In this document: in pieces, positions 31,067 to 40,630 of the stretch
Layout: each line of letters begins with the position of its first letter
Numbering within the stretch: the first letter of the stretch is position 1
DNA from: a bacterium
GTDB taxonomy: Bacteria > UBA8248 > JACPRG01 > G963555815
Length of the DNA stretch: 64,000 nucleotides
NCBI GenBank assembly: GCA_963555815.3
Contig: CAUVWX020000001.1
Location: forward strand, 576,001 to 640,000
Direction: 5' to 3'
The notes under the pieces: model-generated
Databases searched by the model: none
What the model saw: the letters and a program-made list of their open reading frames with translations, nothing else
What the model was told of the DNA's origin: nothing
Position numbers and translations under genes: made by a program

Positions 31067-31251
31067 TTAAAGATCCACAAGGAGCACCGTGTCCCCAGTC
31101 GAATCTATAAAGAGTGCCCCTCTCCCTGTCAAGGTAAGCTGGGCATAACTCTTTGAAACGTCCCCCGACCCAAGTTCTTTACATCCCCGCTCTCGGCGGA
31201 TACGATTGACCGACGCTCTAATAAAAACCCCATCCCAGGAGAGATCTAGAA

Positions 31252-31638
31252 ATGCTCGATCGGAATATGACCTTTAGCAAACTTTTCTTTTCTACCAAAG
31301 GCAGGATTCGCCGGCCCACCTATTGGATCGGTACGCTAGCTGTCACCGTTTTCGTTTATGTAGGAACGATCCTCGATCTCGTAATAGGAGCGCCAGGGAT
31401 TTTCACTGCTATTTTTTCGCTCCTCACCATTTGGCCTGGTATAGCGGTTGGAGTGAAACGGTGCCATGACCGAAATCGTTCAGGCTGGTTCCTATTAATC
31501 GTTCTTATCCCGATCGTCGGGTCAATTTGGCTTGTCATTGATCTTGGGTTGCTGATGGGAACTTCCGGCGGAAACCGCTTTGGCCGTGAACCCTCGACTG
31601 CCAAAGGAACCTCCGGCACAGAGGCGACGCCGCGTTAA
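31252..31638 (+). CDS. DUF805 membrane protein
   Basis: GRIRRPTYW, VKRCHDRNRSGW, GNRFG. Confidence 0.9.
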   Translation: MLDRNMTFSKLFFSTKGRIRRPTYWIGTLAVTVFVYVGTILDLVIGAPGIFTAIFSLLTIWPGIAVGVKRCHDRNRSGWFLLIVLIPIVGSIWLVIDLGLLMGTSGGNRFGREPSTAKGTSGTEATPR

Positions 31639-31744
31639 GACAACCAAAGCGTAATTGTTCATCGCTTCTCATGGCCTTGTGGTAATCTTCTCTTTCGAGG
31701 TGGCAAAGTGCCTTCAAGGGTTTCCCCCCGACCATTCTAGGGAT

Positions 31745-32644
31745 GTGGGAAAAAACGCTCGCCTTCTAATCCTGCTTGCCTTAAGCGGCTTCCTTTTCCC
31801 GCCTTTCGGGCTAACCGAAGGGCAAAGACCCTTTTTTGACGCCGAGAGGGCCTTCGGCCTCCTCAAAAAGCAGGTCTCCTTTGGCAGCCGAACTCCGGGT
31901 CGCCCGGGCCATGAGCGGGCCCTCACCTTTCTCCGGGATGAACTGAAGGCTCACTCCGACCGCTTTTCCGTCCAAGAGCTCCAGCACAAAAATCTTAACC
32001 TGACCAACCTCATCGGCTGGATCAAAGGGACGGGCGAGCTAAAAGAGACCGTCCTCTTGGGTGCCCACTGGGATACCCACCCCTTCGCCTCCCGCGAAGA
32101 GGATAGCGCCCTTGCACGCCGCCCGGTCCCTGGGGCCAACGACGGTGCCTCCGGGGTGGCCCTCCTCCTTGAGCTCGCCCGCGGCCTCTCACGCCATCGC
32201 CCGCCCAGGGATATCCTGATCGTCCTCTTTGACGGCGAGGACTACGGGATCGGAGGAAACTGGATCCTCGGCTCGACCCACTTCGCCAAAAACTGGGAGG
32301 GCCCCAGAGCGGATTTCGGCATTGTGGTGGACATGGTGGGGGACAAAGACCTCGAGATCTACGTGGAAGGATTCTCGTCGGAGCTGGCCCCCCGGGTAGT
32401 CCGACGGGTCTGGGACGCCGCGGAACGAGTCGGCGCCCCCTCTTTTCACCGGGAGGTCAGGCACTACCTCATAGACGACCATGCCCCCTTCAATGACGCG
32501 GGGGTACCGACGGCCCTCCTCATCGACTTCGACTATCCCTCCTGGCACACCAGCAGAGACACCGTGGACCAGGTGAGCCCAAAGAGCCTGGCCGAGGTGG
32601 CGGGGGTGCTCATCGAGGTTCTCTTCGAAAGAGAGGCGCGGTGA
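31745..32644 (+). CDS. M28 peptidase / glutaminyl cyclase-like protein
   Basis: GAHWDT, GANDGASG, FDGEDYG, DMVGD, DDH, WHT; start uncertain. Confidence 0.88.
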   Translation: MGKNARLLILLALSGFLFPPFGLTEGQRPFFDAERAFGLLKKQVSFGSRTPGRPGHERALTFLRDELKAHSDRFSVQELQHKNLNLTNLIGWIKGTGELKETVLLGAHWDTHPFASREEDSALARRPVPGANDGASGVALLLELARGLSRHRPPRDILIVLFDGEDYGIGGNWILGSTHFAKNWEGPRADFGIVVDMVGDKDLEIYVEGFSSELAPRVVRRVWDAAERVGAPSFHREVRHYLIDDHAPFNDAGVPTALLIDFDYPSWHTSRDTVDQVSPKSLAEVAGVLIEVLFEREAR

Positions 32645-33684
32645 AGGCGTTCATCCTGGCGGCGGGCCGTGGAGAGCGCCTTCACCCCCTCAGTCTCTTT
32701 CGCCCAAAACCCCTTTTCCCCGTGGCCAATCGCCCCGTCATCCACTACACCATCGAGTTCCTCAAAGGGCACGGCATCGGGGAGTTCATCGTCAACCTTC
32801 ACCATCTGCCCGATCAGGTCCGTCAGGGCTTGGAAGACGGGCGGGAGCTGGGGGTAGTCATTCGCTACTCCCCTGAATTTCCCGATATCTTGGGGACGGC
32901 GGGCGGGATCAAGCAGGCCGAGGCCCTCCTTGGGCAGGAAACCTTCGTTGTGATGAACGGGGACCTCCTCGTGAATTTCGACCTTTCCCAGGCCCTCTCC
33001 TATCACCGGGATCGGCGGGCCCTGGCCACCCTCGTCCTTCGAGAAGATCTCACGGCACCGGAGGGGAAAGACATCGCCCTGGACGACGAGGGCCGGCTCG
33101 TGCGATTTCTCAAGCATGGGGAAACGCGAACCCCTCCATCCAGAGAAGCGATGTTCACAGGGGTGACAATCATGGAACCGGCCTTTTTGTCCGAGATCCC
33201 CCCCGGCCGCCCCTGTGGCATCTCGGAGGAGATCTATCCCCGTCTCCTTCAGTCAGGGCGGGATCTCTTCGGCTGGATGATGAAGGGTCCCTGGCGGGAT
33301 ATTGGGACACCCGCCCACTACCTGTCTGCGAACCGGGACGCCCTCGAAGGGCGCTTTGGCCCCATAGCGACAGGAGGGGATTTTCGTGGGGCGGCTGAGG
33401 TCATCCCGCCCGTCCAAATCGGCGAAGGGGTCCAGCTGGAGGAGGGCGCACGGGTGGGTCCTCACGCCACTCTCGGGCGGGGATGTCACATCGGTCAGGG
33501 AGCCCGGGTGGCCGAGAGCGTCCTCTGGGAGGGGGTCCACTTGGGGGCCGGCGCGCAAGCGCGGCATGCTATCATTGCGTCGGGGGTCCGCACAAAGGCC
33601 GAGAGCTCCTTCATCGAAAAGGTGGTGATCCCAAATGGCGAGGGGCTGGAGGCGATCCCTTTGAGGAGCGCGCGCGCCTCATGA
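32641..33684 (+). CDS. Sugar-1-phosphate nucleotidyltransferase with hexapeptide tail (MurU-like by context)
   Basis: ILAAGRGERL, PKPL, GTAGG, NGD, WRDIGTP. Confidence 0.85.
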   Translation: MKAFILAAGRGERLHPLSLFRPKPLFPVANRPVIHYTIEFLKGHGIGEFIVNLHHLPDQVRQGLEDGRELGVVIRYSPEFPDILGTAGGIKQAEALLGQETFVVMNGDLLVNFDLSQALSYHRDRRALATLVLREDLTAPEGKDIALDDEGRLVRFLKHGETRTPPSREAMFTGVTIMEPAFLSEIPPGRPCGISEEIYPRLLQSGRDLFGWMMKGPWRDIGTPAHYLSANRDALEGRFGPIATGGDFRGAAEVIPPVQIGEGVQLEEGARVGPHATLGRGCHIGQGARVAESVLWEGVHLGAGAQARHAIIASGVRTKAESSFIEKVVIPNGEGLEAIPLRSARAS

Positions 33685-34778
33685 CAGCGAAGCCAAAAAC
33701 GCCTGCGAAAGAGACGCGGCCTTCTCTGAGTGACCAGCCCGAGGAGCTCCTGGAATTCCTCCGCGACAGCCTCAGCCCTCGAATCTCGGACGTTCGGCTA
33801 GAGCCCCTGGAGGGGGACGCCTCGACTAGAAAGTACTACCGCATTTATCTGTTCGGCGGGCCTCTGTCGAGCGTCATCGCCCAGGAGCTCTCTGGCCCAG
33901 GCCCCGAGAATCCTCTGGACCTCCCCTTCCTGAACATCCGAGCCCACCTGGCGGGCCTGGGGCTTGACGTCCCAGAGTACTACGCCTATTTCCCAGAGAA
34001 GGGATGGGTGGTCTTAGAAGACCTCGGAGACGAGACTCTGGAGGCCGCGATAGAGAACCTCCGGCCCGGCGAGAGAGAGGAGAAATACCGGGCGGCCATA
34101 GACATGTTGGCCACGATGCACTACAGCCGGGGCAACTGCTTCGCCTTCACCTACGCCTTTGACGAGAGAAAATTCACGGAGGAGCTGAAATTCTTTTTGA
34201 AGCACGCCGTGGAAGGACTTTGGGGAAGGAGGATGCCCTCCCGCGACCGGTCCCTCCTCATCGAGGAATTCGGCAACCTGGCGAAAGAACTGGCCTCTCA
34301 ACCCCAGGTCTTCACCCATCGGGATTACCACAGTCGAAACCTCATGGTGCGCCCGGGTCGAAAGGACCTGGGTCTACTGGATTTCCAGGACGCCCGTCTG
34401 GGCCCGCCTCATTACGACCTTGCGTCTCTCCTCTATGACTCCTACGTCGATCTCCCGGACGGGCTGAGGCGAAGCCTCCTCCTCTACTACCTGGATAGAG
34501 CGGACTGTATGGGTCACCCGTACGACCCAAATGGTTTTATCCAGGTGCTCCGTCTGACCGCTGTGCAAAGAAACCTGAAGGCCATCGGGACCTTCGCCTA
34601 CCAGGCCTCTGTTCTTGGGCGCCCGCGCTACGTGCAGGCCATCGAGCCCACCCTGAGGTATGTCGCCAACCACTGTCACCGGGTCCCTGAACTCTCCCCC
34701 CTTTGGGGGACCTTGAAACGTCACGTCCCCGATTCGTTTCGGGGGCCGGAGGCCTCCTCGGTGAGGGGCAACGGGTGA
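33681..34778 (+). CDS. AmgK-like anomeric amino-sugar kinase (APH family)
   Basis: GDASTRKYYR, LEDLGD, HRDYHSRNLM, LDFQDA, YDLASLL. Confidence 0.88.
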   Translation: MTAKPKTPAKETRPSLSDQPEELLEFLRDSLSPRISDVRLEPLEGDASTRKYYRIYLFGGPLSSVIAQELSGPGPENPLDLPFLNIRAHLAGLGLDVPEYYAYFPEKGWVVLEDLGDETLEAAIENLRPGEREEKYRAAIDMLATMHYSRGNCFAFTYAFDERKFTEELKFFLKHAVEGLWGRRMPSRDRSLLIEEFGNLAKELASQPQVFTHRDYHSRNLMVRPGRKDLGLLDFQDARLGPPHYDLASLLYDSYVDLPDGLRRSLLLYYLDRADCMGHPYDPNGFIQVLRLTAVQRNLKAIGTFAYQASVLGRPRYVQAIEPTLRYVANHCHRVPELSPLWGTLKRHVPDSFRGPEASSVRGNG

Positions 34779-35338
34779 TCTATTTCCACCGGCTCTGTCT
34801 CTACGCTTTCCCTCTTCAGAAGGCCCCAAGCGTGCTGCCGCCTCGGCTCAAGGTGGAATTTATTCCCGTCCAGAAGGGTGACCGGACGACAGAAGAGGTG
34901 GCCAAGACACAGGACCAGGCGCTCGCCGAGGAGCGCTTTGACCGAGGGGAGATCTGTTTTGTGGCCCTCCACCAGGGGGAGGTCGTTTCTTACTGTTGGC
35001 TATCGCAAGGAGAGGTGGGGATTGAGGAGATGGATCTTGCTGTCCAACCCCAGCCCGATGAGGTCTATCTCTATAACGCCATGACACTAAAGCCCTGGCG
35101 CGGTCAGGGGCTCTACACGGCCCTCCTCGGGGAGATCGTATCCTATGCCCGAGGTCAGGGCCTTTCGCGGGCCCTCATCTTCGCCTCCTCGACCAATCGA
35201 GCCTCGCAGCGGGGCGTGATAAAGGCGGGCTTCATTGAATTCCAGGTGGTCACCTATCTGAGCGTCCTCGGCCTGCCCTTTTACTGGCAGAGTGAGCCCC
35301 ACGATGACCAGCGGGCGGTTGTGCTCATCCGTCTCTGA
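34775..35338 (+). CDS. GNAT family N-acetyltransferase
   Basis: WRGQGLY motif A, NRASQRGVIKAGF; GTGA overlap. Confidence 0.85.
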   Translation: MIYFHRLCLYAFPLQKAPSVLPPRLKVEFIPVQKGDRTTEEVAKTQDQALAEERFDRGEICFVALHQGEVVSYCWLSQGEVGIEEMDLAVQPQPDEVYLYNAMTLKPWRGQGLYTALLGEIVSYARGQGLSRALIFASSTNRASQRGVIKAGFIEFQVVTYLSVLGLPFYWQSEPHDDQRAVVLIRL

Positions 35339-35515
35339 GATCAGATCTCTGCTCTGGATCCCCGATTGGATCTTGACACCCTGGCGCCCCCCTTCTATCG
35401 TGGGCGCCGGTCTTAGGCCGAGCTCCAGGAGACCCGAAGGCTCCGCCGGCTAGAACGAACTCGGGAGAAGGGAGGTGAATCTGTCCCCTCTCCCGCTTGC
35501 ATCTGAGGGAAGGCC

Positions 35516-36886
35516 ATGCGTTTCATCGGTTTCATTGCCCTGGTGGCGGTGACGGTCCTGGGCACCTTCCTTCTCGGTTGGACGCCGAAGCAGATTCTGG
35601 CGACGAGCATTTTCGGGTCCTTTATCTTCGGGACCCTGTTGTACTGGCGTTTTCGCTTGGCCTTTGCCCTGATAGGGACCCTGGCCCTTCTCTCGACGGG
35701 CGTCATCGACCTGCCTCATCTGATCGAGTTTGCCAGCCTCGACGTCATCCTCTTCCTCATCGGCATGATGATCATCATTGGCTTCCTGGAGGAGCGGAAG
35801 TTCTTCGAGGCCATTGTGGAGCCTCTCCTGGGCCGATTTTCGAACCGAACGACCCTTCTCGTGGGAGGGTTAATGGCGGTTTCGGCCCTCACCGCGGCCC
35901 TAGTCGATGAAGTGACCTCAATCCTTTTCATGTCCGCCATTACGCTTCAGATAGCCCGTCGGTACCACGTGAATCCGGTGCCCTTCATCATCATGATCGT
36001 CTTCGCCACCAATATCGGAAGCAGCGCCACGGTGGTCGGAAATCCCATCGGCGTCCTCATCGCGTTTCGGGCGGGGCTGACCTTTGTCGACTTTCTGAGG
36101 TGGGCTACCCCCATTGCCGTCATCTCTCTCGGGCTCTGCATTCCACTGGCGATGTGGTATTTCCGCTCCGAGATCGGCCAGCTTCGAGAGGTCATAAAGG
36201 CCACACCCCCTAGCCCGCACGCTGAAATGGCTCGCCTCTCTCGGTCAGACGCCTACATCTGCACCGCCCTCTTCCTCGGGACCATCGTGGGGCTCATCTT
36301 TCACCACAACCTGGAAGTCCTCCTGGGTCTCGAGAAGAATAGCTTGCTCGTCGGGATCGCCCTCGGGGGGGCAGGAACAGCCCTCCTCATCGAGCAGCAA
36401 GGGGCAAGAGAACTGGTGTCGAAGCGGGTGGACTGGTGGACCCTCACCTTCTTCATGCTGCTCTTCGCCTCGGTCGGGACACTCCGCTTCGTCGGGGTGA
36501 CAGGGCAGATCGCCAACGCCTTTATACAAATTTCAGGGCGGGAGGTCTTGCTCCTTGGAGTGGTGATGTGGGGGAGCGGGATCCTCAGCGCCTTCATGGA
36601 CAATGTCCTGGCCGTCGCCACGATCATCCCGGTCCTTTCAGACCTTCAGGCCCTCGATGTCCCGACCGAGCCCCTCTGGTGGGGTCTTCTCTTCGGCGGG
36701 ACCTTTCTTGGAAATGCGACCCTGGTGGGAAGCACGGCCAATATTGTGGCCCTGGGGATCTTGGAACGAGACGAGAAACGTCATGTGACGTTCATGGAGT
36801 GGCTGAAACCCGGAATCCTGGTGGGCGTTCCCACCCTTCTTTTGGCGCAAATCCTCCTTTCCATCCAGTTCTTCCTTCTGCGATAA
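35516..36886 (+). CDS. ArsB/NhaD/SLC13 family ion transporter
   Basis: Multi-TM; ALVDEVT, ATNIGSSATVVGNP, DNV, GNATLVGSTAN. Confidence 0.9.
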   Translation: MRFIGFIALVAVTVLGTFLLGWTPKQILATSIFGSFIFGTLLYWRFRLAFALIGTLALLSTGVIDLPHLIEFASLDVILFLIGMMIIIGFLEERKFFEAIVEPLLGRFSNRTTLLVGGLMAVSALTAALVDEVTSILFMSAITLQIARRYHVNPVPFIIMIVFATNIGSSATVVGNPIGVLIAFRAGLTFVDFLRWATPIAVISLGLCIPLAMWYFRSEIGQLREVIKATPPSPHAEMARLSRSDAYICTALFLGTIVGLIFHHNLEVLLGLEKNSLLVGIALGGAGTALLIEQQGARELVSKRVDWWTLTFFMLLFASVGTLRFVGVTGQIANAFIQISGREVLLLGVVMWGSGILSAFMDNVLAVATIIPVLSDLQALDVPTEPLWWGLLFGGTFLGNATLVGSTANIVALGILERDEKRHVTFMEWLKPGILVGVPTLLLAQILLSIQFFLLR

Positions 36887-36924
36887 GCCGGGCGGCCCCG
36901 AAGAAAGCACGCCCCCTTCACCTT

Positions 36925-36954
36925 TTGACAGTGCGCTCATCCCTCGCCTATAAT
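36925..36954 (+). promoter_or_regulatory. Consensus sigma70 promoter
   Basis: TTGACA 36925-36930, 18 nt, TATAAT 36949-36954. Confidence 0.8.
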
Positions 36955-36957
36955 TAA

Positions 36958-37118
36958 GGCACCGTGAAATGGTAGATTTCCTCTGATGAGGAGCGCACCA
37001 TCGGTCTGAAACCCGCCATATGACGGGCTGAGGGAAAACCGAGCAGGCGCTCTGTGTGCCCCTCAGGTCTCCCCCCTTCATCGGCCCGGGTTTTTGCCCG
37101 GATTGCCGAAGAAAGGAG
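36958..37118 (+). ncRNA. Structured 5' leader (unassigned riboswitch- or ribozyme-like element)
   Basis: Nested helices GGCAC/GTGCC, GAGCGC/GCGCTC, TCGGT/ACCGA, CCCG/CGGG plus a hairpin next to the RBS. Confidence 0.5.
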
Positions 37119-37127
37119 TTGAACCGA

Positions 37128-37667
37128 ATGTCTCGAATTCCACCTCTGGCACCAGATCAGGCCACGGGAAAGACCAAGGAACTCTATGACGGTCTTCAGA
37201 AGAAATTAGGGAAGGTGTTCAACATCTTTCAGGTCATGGGAAACTCGCCAGCCACCCTGCAGGGGTACCTGCAATTTAGTGGCGCCCTGGGGGGCGGCAG
37301 CCTGGACCCAAAGCTCCGGGAGTCTATCGCCGTCCTGACCGGCGAGATTAACGGCTGCCATTACTGACTCGCGGCCCACACAGCGGCCGGGAAGTCGCTG
37401 GGAATGACAGATGAGCAGGTTTTAGACGCCCGCCGGGCCAAGTCATCCGACGCAAAGACGGACGCGGCGCTGAAATTCGTCGAGAAGATCATCAAGCAAA
37501 AGGCCAAGATCTCAGACGGCGACGTGAAGGCCCTCAGCTCCGCCGGCCACTCTAACGGTGACATTTCAGAGATTGTGGCCAACATCGCCCTCCACATGTT
37601 CACCAATTATTTCAACATCTCCATGGACACGGCTGTGGACTTTCCAGAGGCACCCCCGCTGAAGTGA
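37128..37667 (+). CDS. AhpD/carboxymuconolactone decarboxylase-family selenoprotein (CxxU), 179 aa
   Basis: RESIAVLTGEINGCHY-TGA-LAAH; TGA 37365-37367 at the second Cys of NxCxYCxxAH; both ORF halves in frame; AGGAG RBS. Confidence 0.9.
37381..37400 (+). promoter_or_regulatory. Candidate SECIS hairpin of the AhpD gene
   Basis: CAGCGGC-CGGGAA-GUCGCUG, 13 nt after UGA. Confidence 0.65.
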
Positions 37668-37683
37668 TCAGCGAGAGTGGGTC

Positions 37684-37722
37684 GGGCGTCTTGCCCAAGA
37701 TGATGTCTTGGGCAAGACGCCC
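37684..37722. repeat. Perfect 17-bp inverted repeat after ahpD (terminator, 3' stabiliser or REP-like)
   Basis: GGGCGTCTTGCCCAAGA-TGATG-TCTTGGGCAAGACGCCC; no clear U-tract. Confidence 0.8.
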
Positions 37723-37860
37723 ACCCTTCCAAAAGATCCCCTGAATGCAGGGGTGGCCGTGAAGAAAAAAGGGCATATTTTTAGCTAGAAAGTGTTTTTT
37801 AATTAGAAAGGGTTTTGGGGGCACCGTGCGGACACTCTTCGGCCGGAAGAGAGCCAGGTC

Positions 37861-39129
37861 ATGAAAAGAATGCAACGCATCCTTCACGTCGCAGCTCTCA
37901 TCTTCCTCCCCATCTTCGTCACCTTCTGCGCCTCTACAAGCCTTCCGCCTCTCAGCCTCAATCCCGCGACCCCGCTGGAGTCGGACGAAAAGCAGATCTG
38001 GGAAAGCAGCCTGGAGGAACAGGGAAAACTAGATAAGAGCGAGAAGGTCATCCAGGACCCCTTGATGGAGGAATACCTGGGGGAGATCGGGCTTCGTCTC
38101 CTTCCGGCTCCGCTCCAGGATTCCGACCTCCTTAGCTTTCGCTTCAAGGTCATCAACGACAGCGCCCTCAACGCCTTCGCCTATCCCAACGGGGCCCTCT
38201 ATGTCCACTCAGGTCTGATTGCCCGGGTGGAGAACGAGGCCCAGCTGGCGACCATCATCGCCCACGAGATGTCCCATTCCATCCACCGGCACGCGGTCCG
38301 ATCTATCCGGAACCAGAAGAACAAGCAGTTACTCTATATCGGCGGCATCATCGGCCTGAGCTTCCTATTTGCCATCCTCACGGGACAACAGCTGGAAGAG
38401 GGTAATCAAGTCGGGGCCCAGGTCCTCAATAACACAGCGAGGATTCTGATCGGACTCGGCCTTCCCCTGGCGATCCTGGCCTCGATCAACGGATACAGCC
38501 GGGAGATGGAACGGGAGGCCGACGAGGTGGGGATGGGTCTCCTGGCGAGGGCGAATTATGACCTCAACGAGGCCCCGAAGATCTTCGAGCTTTTCCAGGA
38601 GACTTACGGGGACAGTGTCGCCGCGGAGAACTTCTTCTTCGGGAGCCACCCCCGAAACAGCGAGCGGATCGGGAACTACCAAGAGCTCCTGGCAGGTCCC
38701 TATGTGGAGGCCGCAAAGGAAGAGGGCCGCATCAAAAATACAGCCGCCTTCTTCCGGCGAACCCGGGTCATCGTGAGGGAGAACGCCCTCCTCGACATCC
38801 AGGGAGGTCGGTTCAACCTGGCCCAAAGGGCCCTGGACCGGATCCTCGGCCTCACCCCGAGGGACCCCATCGCCCACTTCTACTACGGGGAGTTCCACCG
38901 CCTGTCGGAGAAGACAGCGGAGGGAGAGGAGAGGGCCATTTCCCGCTACCAGATGGCCATGCAATATAACCCTCAGTACCCTGAGCCTTTCCACGCGATA
39001 GGTCTCATTTACTACGGGCAAAATAAGCAGGAGGAGGCCCGGGAGGCCCTTGAGAAATATCTGTCCCTTGAGCCCAAGGCCAAGGACCGAGAGCAGATCC
39101 GCGAATACCTTCTGGAACTGAACAGCTAG
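37861..39129 (+). CDS. M48 metalloprotease with TPR domain (BepA-like)
   Basis: NAFAYP, AHEMSH, YSREMEREAD, SHP; C-terminal TPRs. Confidence 0.9.
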   Translation: MKRMQRILHVAALIFLPIFVTFCASTSLPPLSLNPATPLESDEKQIWESSLEEQGKLDKSEKVIQDPLMEEYLGEIGLRLLPAPLQDSDLLSFRFKVINDSALNAFAYPNGALYVHSGLIARVENEAQLATIIAHEMSHSIHRHAVRSIRNQKNKQLLYIGGIIGLSFLFAILTGQQLEEGNQVGAQVLNNTARILIGLGLPLAILASINGYSREMEREADEVGMGLLARANYDLNEAPKIFELFQETYGDSVAAENFFFGSHPRNSERIGNYQELLAGPYVEAAKEEGRIKNTAAFFRRTRVIVRENALLDIQGGRFNLAQRALDRILGLTPRDPIAHFYYGEFHRLSEKTAEGEERAISRYQMAMQYNPQYPEPFHAIGLIYYGQNKQEEAREALEKYLSLEPKAKDREQIREYLLELNS

Positions 39130-39355
39130 CCTTCCTGATTCACGGGCACCCCCCCCGAGATCTGAAACCCTTTAGTCGATTGCCTTGTCCTAACAGAAGG
39201 CGCCTGAAGGTCCGCTGGGGCAGGCCGGCCCGGGTCTTTCTCCTTGACGTTTTTCGCGCTTTCAAGCATGCTTAGAAGGAAATCATGAAGCTTTGATGAT
39301 TTGCCCCTCCTTGGAAGGCGCAGTTTTTTCTGACCTTCGAATCGGAGGTCCTTTA

Positions 39356-40618
39356 ATGCCCATGACGCTTGCAGAAAAGATCCTGTCTCAGAAGGTGGGG
39401 CGGGAGGTGAAGCCAGGGGAGATTGTCATCTCGCCGGTGGACTGGACTGTGGTCCAGGACGGGACGGGCCCCCTCACCTTTGACATGATCCGCGCCCTCA
39501 AGGGAAAGGACTTCGCCCATAACCCCTCTCACGCCATCCTCACCATTGACCACACAGGGCCAAGCCCGCGTGCCGACTTGAGCAATTTCCAGGTCGCCCT
39601 TCGGAAATTCTCTGAGACGACGGGGGCTATTGTGGAGGACGTGGGCCAGGGGATCAGCCACCTGCTGCTGGCCGAGCGCTATGTCGGCCCCGGGGACGTG
39701 GTGGTGGGCGCCGACTCCCACACCAGCACGGCGGGAGGAATAGCAGCCTTCGCCACCGGCATGGGCTCGACGGACGCGGCCATCGCCATGAGCCTTGGCA
39801 AGATGTGGTTTCGGGTGCCGGAAACGATTCGATTCGAGCTCAAGGGAAAATTGCCTGACGGGGTCTATTCCAAAGACCTCGTCCTCCACATCCTCGACAC
39901 CATCGGGGAAGAAGGGGGCCTCTACCGGTCCATGGAGTATGGCGGGGAGGCCTTGGCCGATCTCTCCATGGACGCCCGGTTCACGATGACCAGCATGGCC
40001 CAGGAGGCAGGGGCCAAGTTGGGCCTCATGCCCTCCGACGAGGCCACGAAACAACATCTCGAACACCACGGGCGTGGGGATCGATGGATCGCCCTGGACG
40101 CTGACCCGGGGGCTTCCTATGAGAAGACGATAGAGATCCAGCTGGACAAACTGGAGCCCCTCATGGCGGTCCCTCACCAGCCCGGAAACGTGAAAACGGC
40201 CCGGGAGGTGGAAAAGGAGGGGGTCGCTGTGCATCAGGTCTTCATCGGCACTTGCACGAACGGCCGCTTGGATGATCTCAGGGCGACCGCCCGTGTTCTC
40301 AAGGGCCGCCAAGTACACAAAAAAACGCGGTGTCTCATCATCCCGGGTTCACAACATGTCTACCGTGAGGCCCTTCGAGAGGGGCTCATCGAGATTTTTG
40401 TCGATGCGGGGGCTGTTGTCGGATCCCCTGGTTGCGGGCCCTGCCCTGGCATCCACATGGGGGTCCTGGGGGACGGGGAGGTGTGCGTCGCGGCACAGAA
40501 CCGGAATTTCAAAGGGCGCCTCGGAAACCCCAAGGCCTTCGTCTATCTCGCGTCCCCTATCACGGCGGCAGCGACGGCTGTGGAGGGGAAGATCGCAGAC
40601 CCGCGGCGTTTTCTCTAG
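39356..40618 (+). CDS. leuC: 3-isopropylmalate dehydratase/homoaconitase-family large subunit (short type)
   Basis: DH, GADSHT, GTCTNGR, GCGPC, NRNFKGR; substrate uncertain. Confidence 0.85.
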   Translation: MPMTLAEKILSQKVGREVKPGEIVISPVDWTVVQDGTGPLTFDMIRALKGKDFAHNPSHAILTIDHTGPSPRADLSNFQVALRKFSETTGAIVEDVGQGISHLLLAERYVGPGDVVVGADSHTSTAGGIAAFATGMGSTDAAIAMSLGKMWFRVPETIRFELKGKLPDGVYSKDLVLHILDTIGEEGGLYRSMEYGGEALADLSMDARFTMTSMAQEAGAKLGLMPSDEATKQHLEHHGRGDRWIALDADPGASYEKTIEIQLDKLEPLMAVPHQPGNVKTAREVEKEGVAVHQVFIGTCTNGRLDDLRATARVLKGRQVHKKTRCLIIPGSQHVYREALREGLIEIFVDAGAVVGSPGCGPCPGIHMGVLGDGEVCVAAQNRNFKGRLGNPKAFVYLASPITAAATAVEGKIADPRRFL

Positions 40619-40630
40619 GGAGGAGCATCC

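Noticed and set aside
31067..31250. TPP riboswitch upstream of thiE
   Set aside because: No CUGAGA or ACCUG core seen; only a promoter-like TTGACA on the minus strand
36975..37060. Fluoride, SAH or NiCo riboswitch, or an active canonical hammerhead
   Set aside because: Only fragments of each consensus match by eye, and the hammerhead NUH site is missing; kept as an unassigned structure
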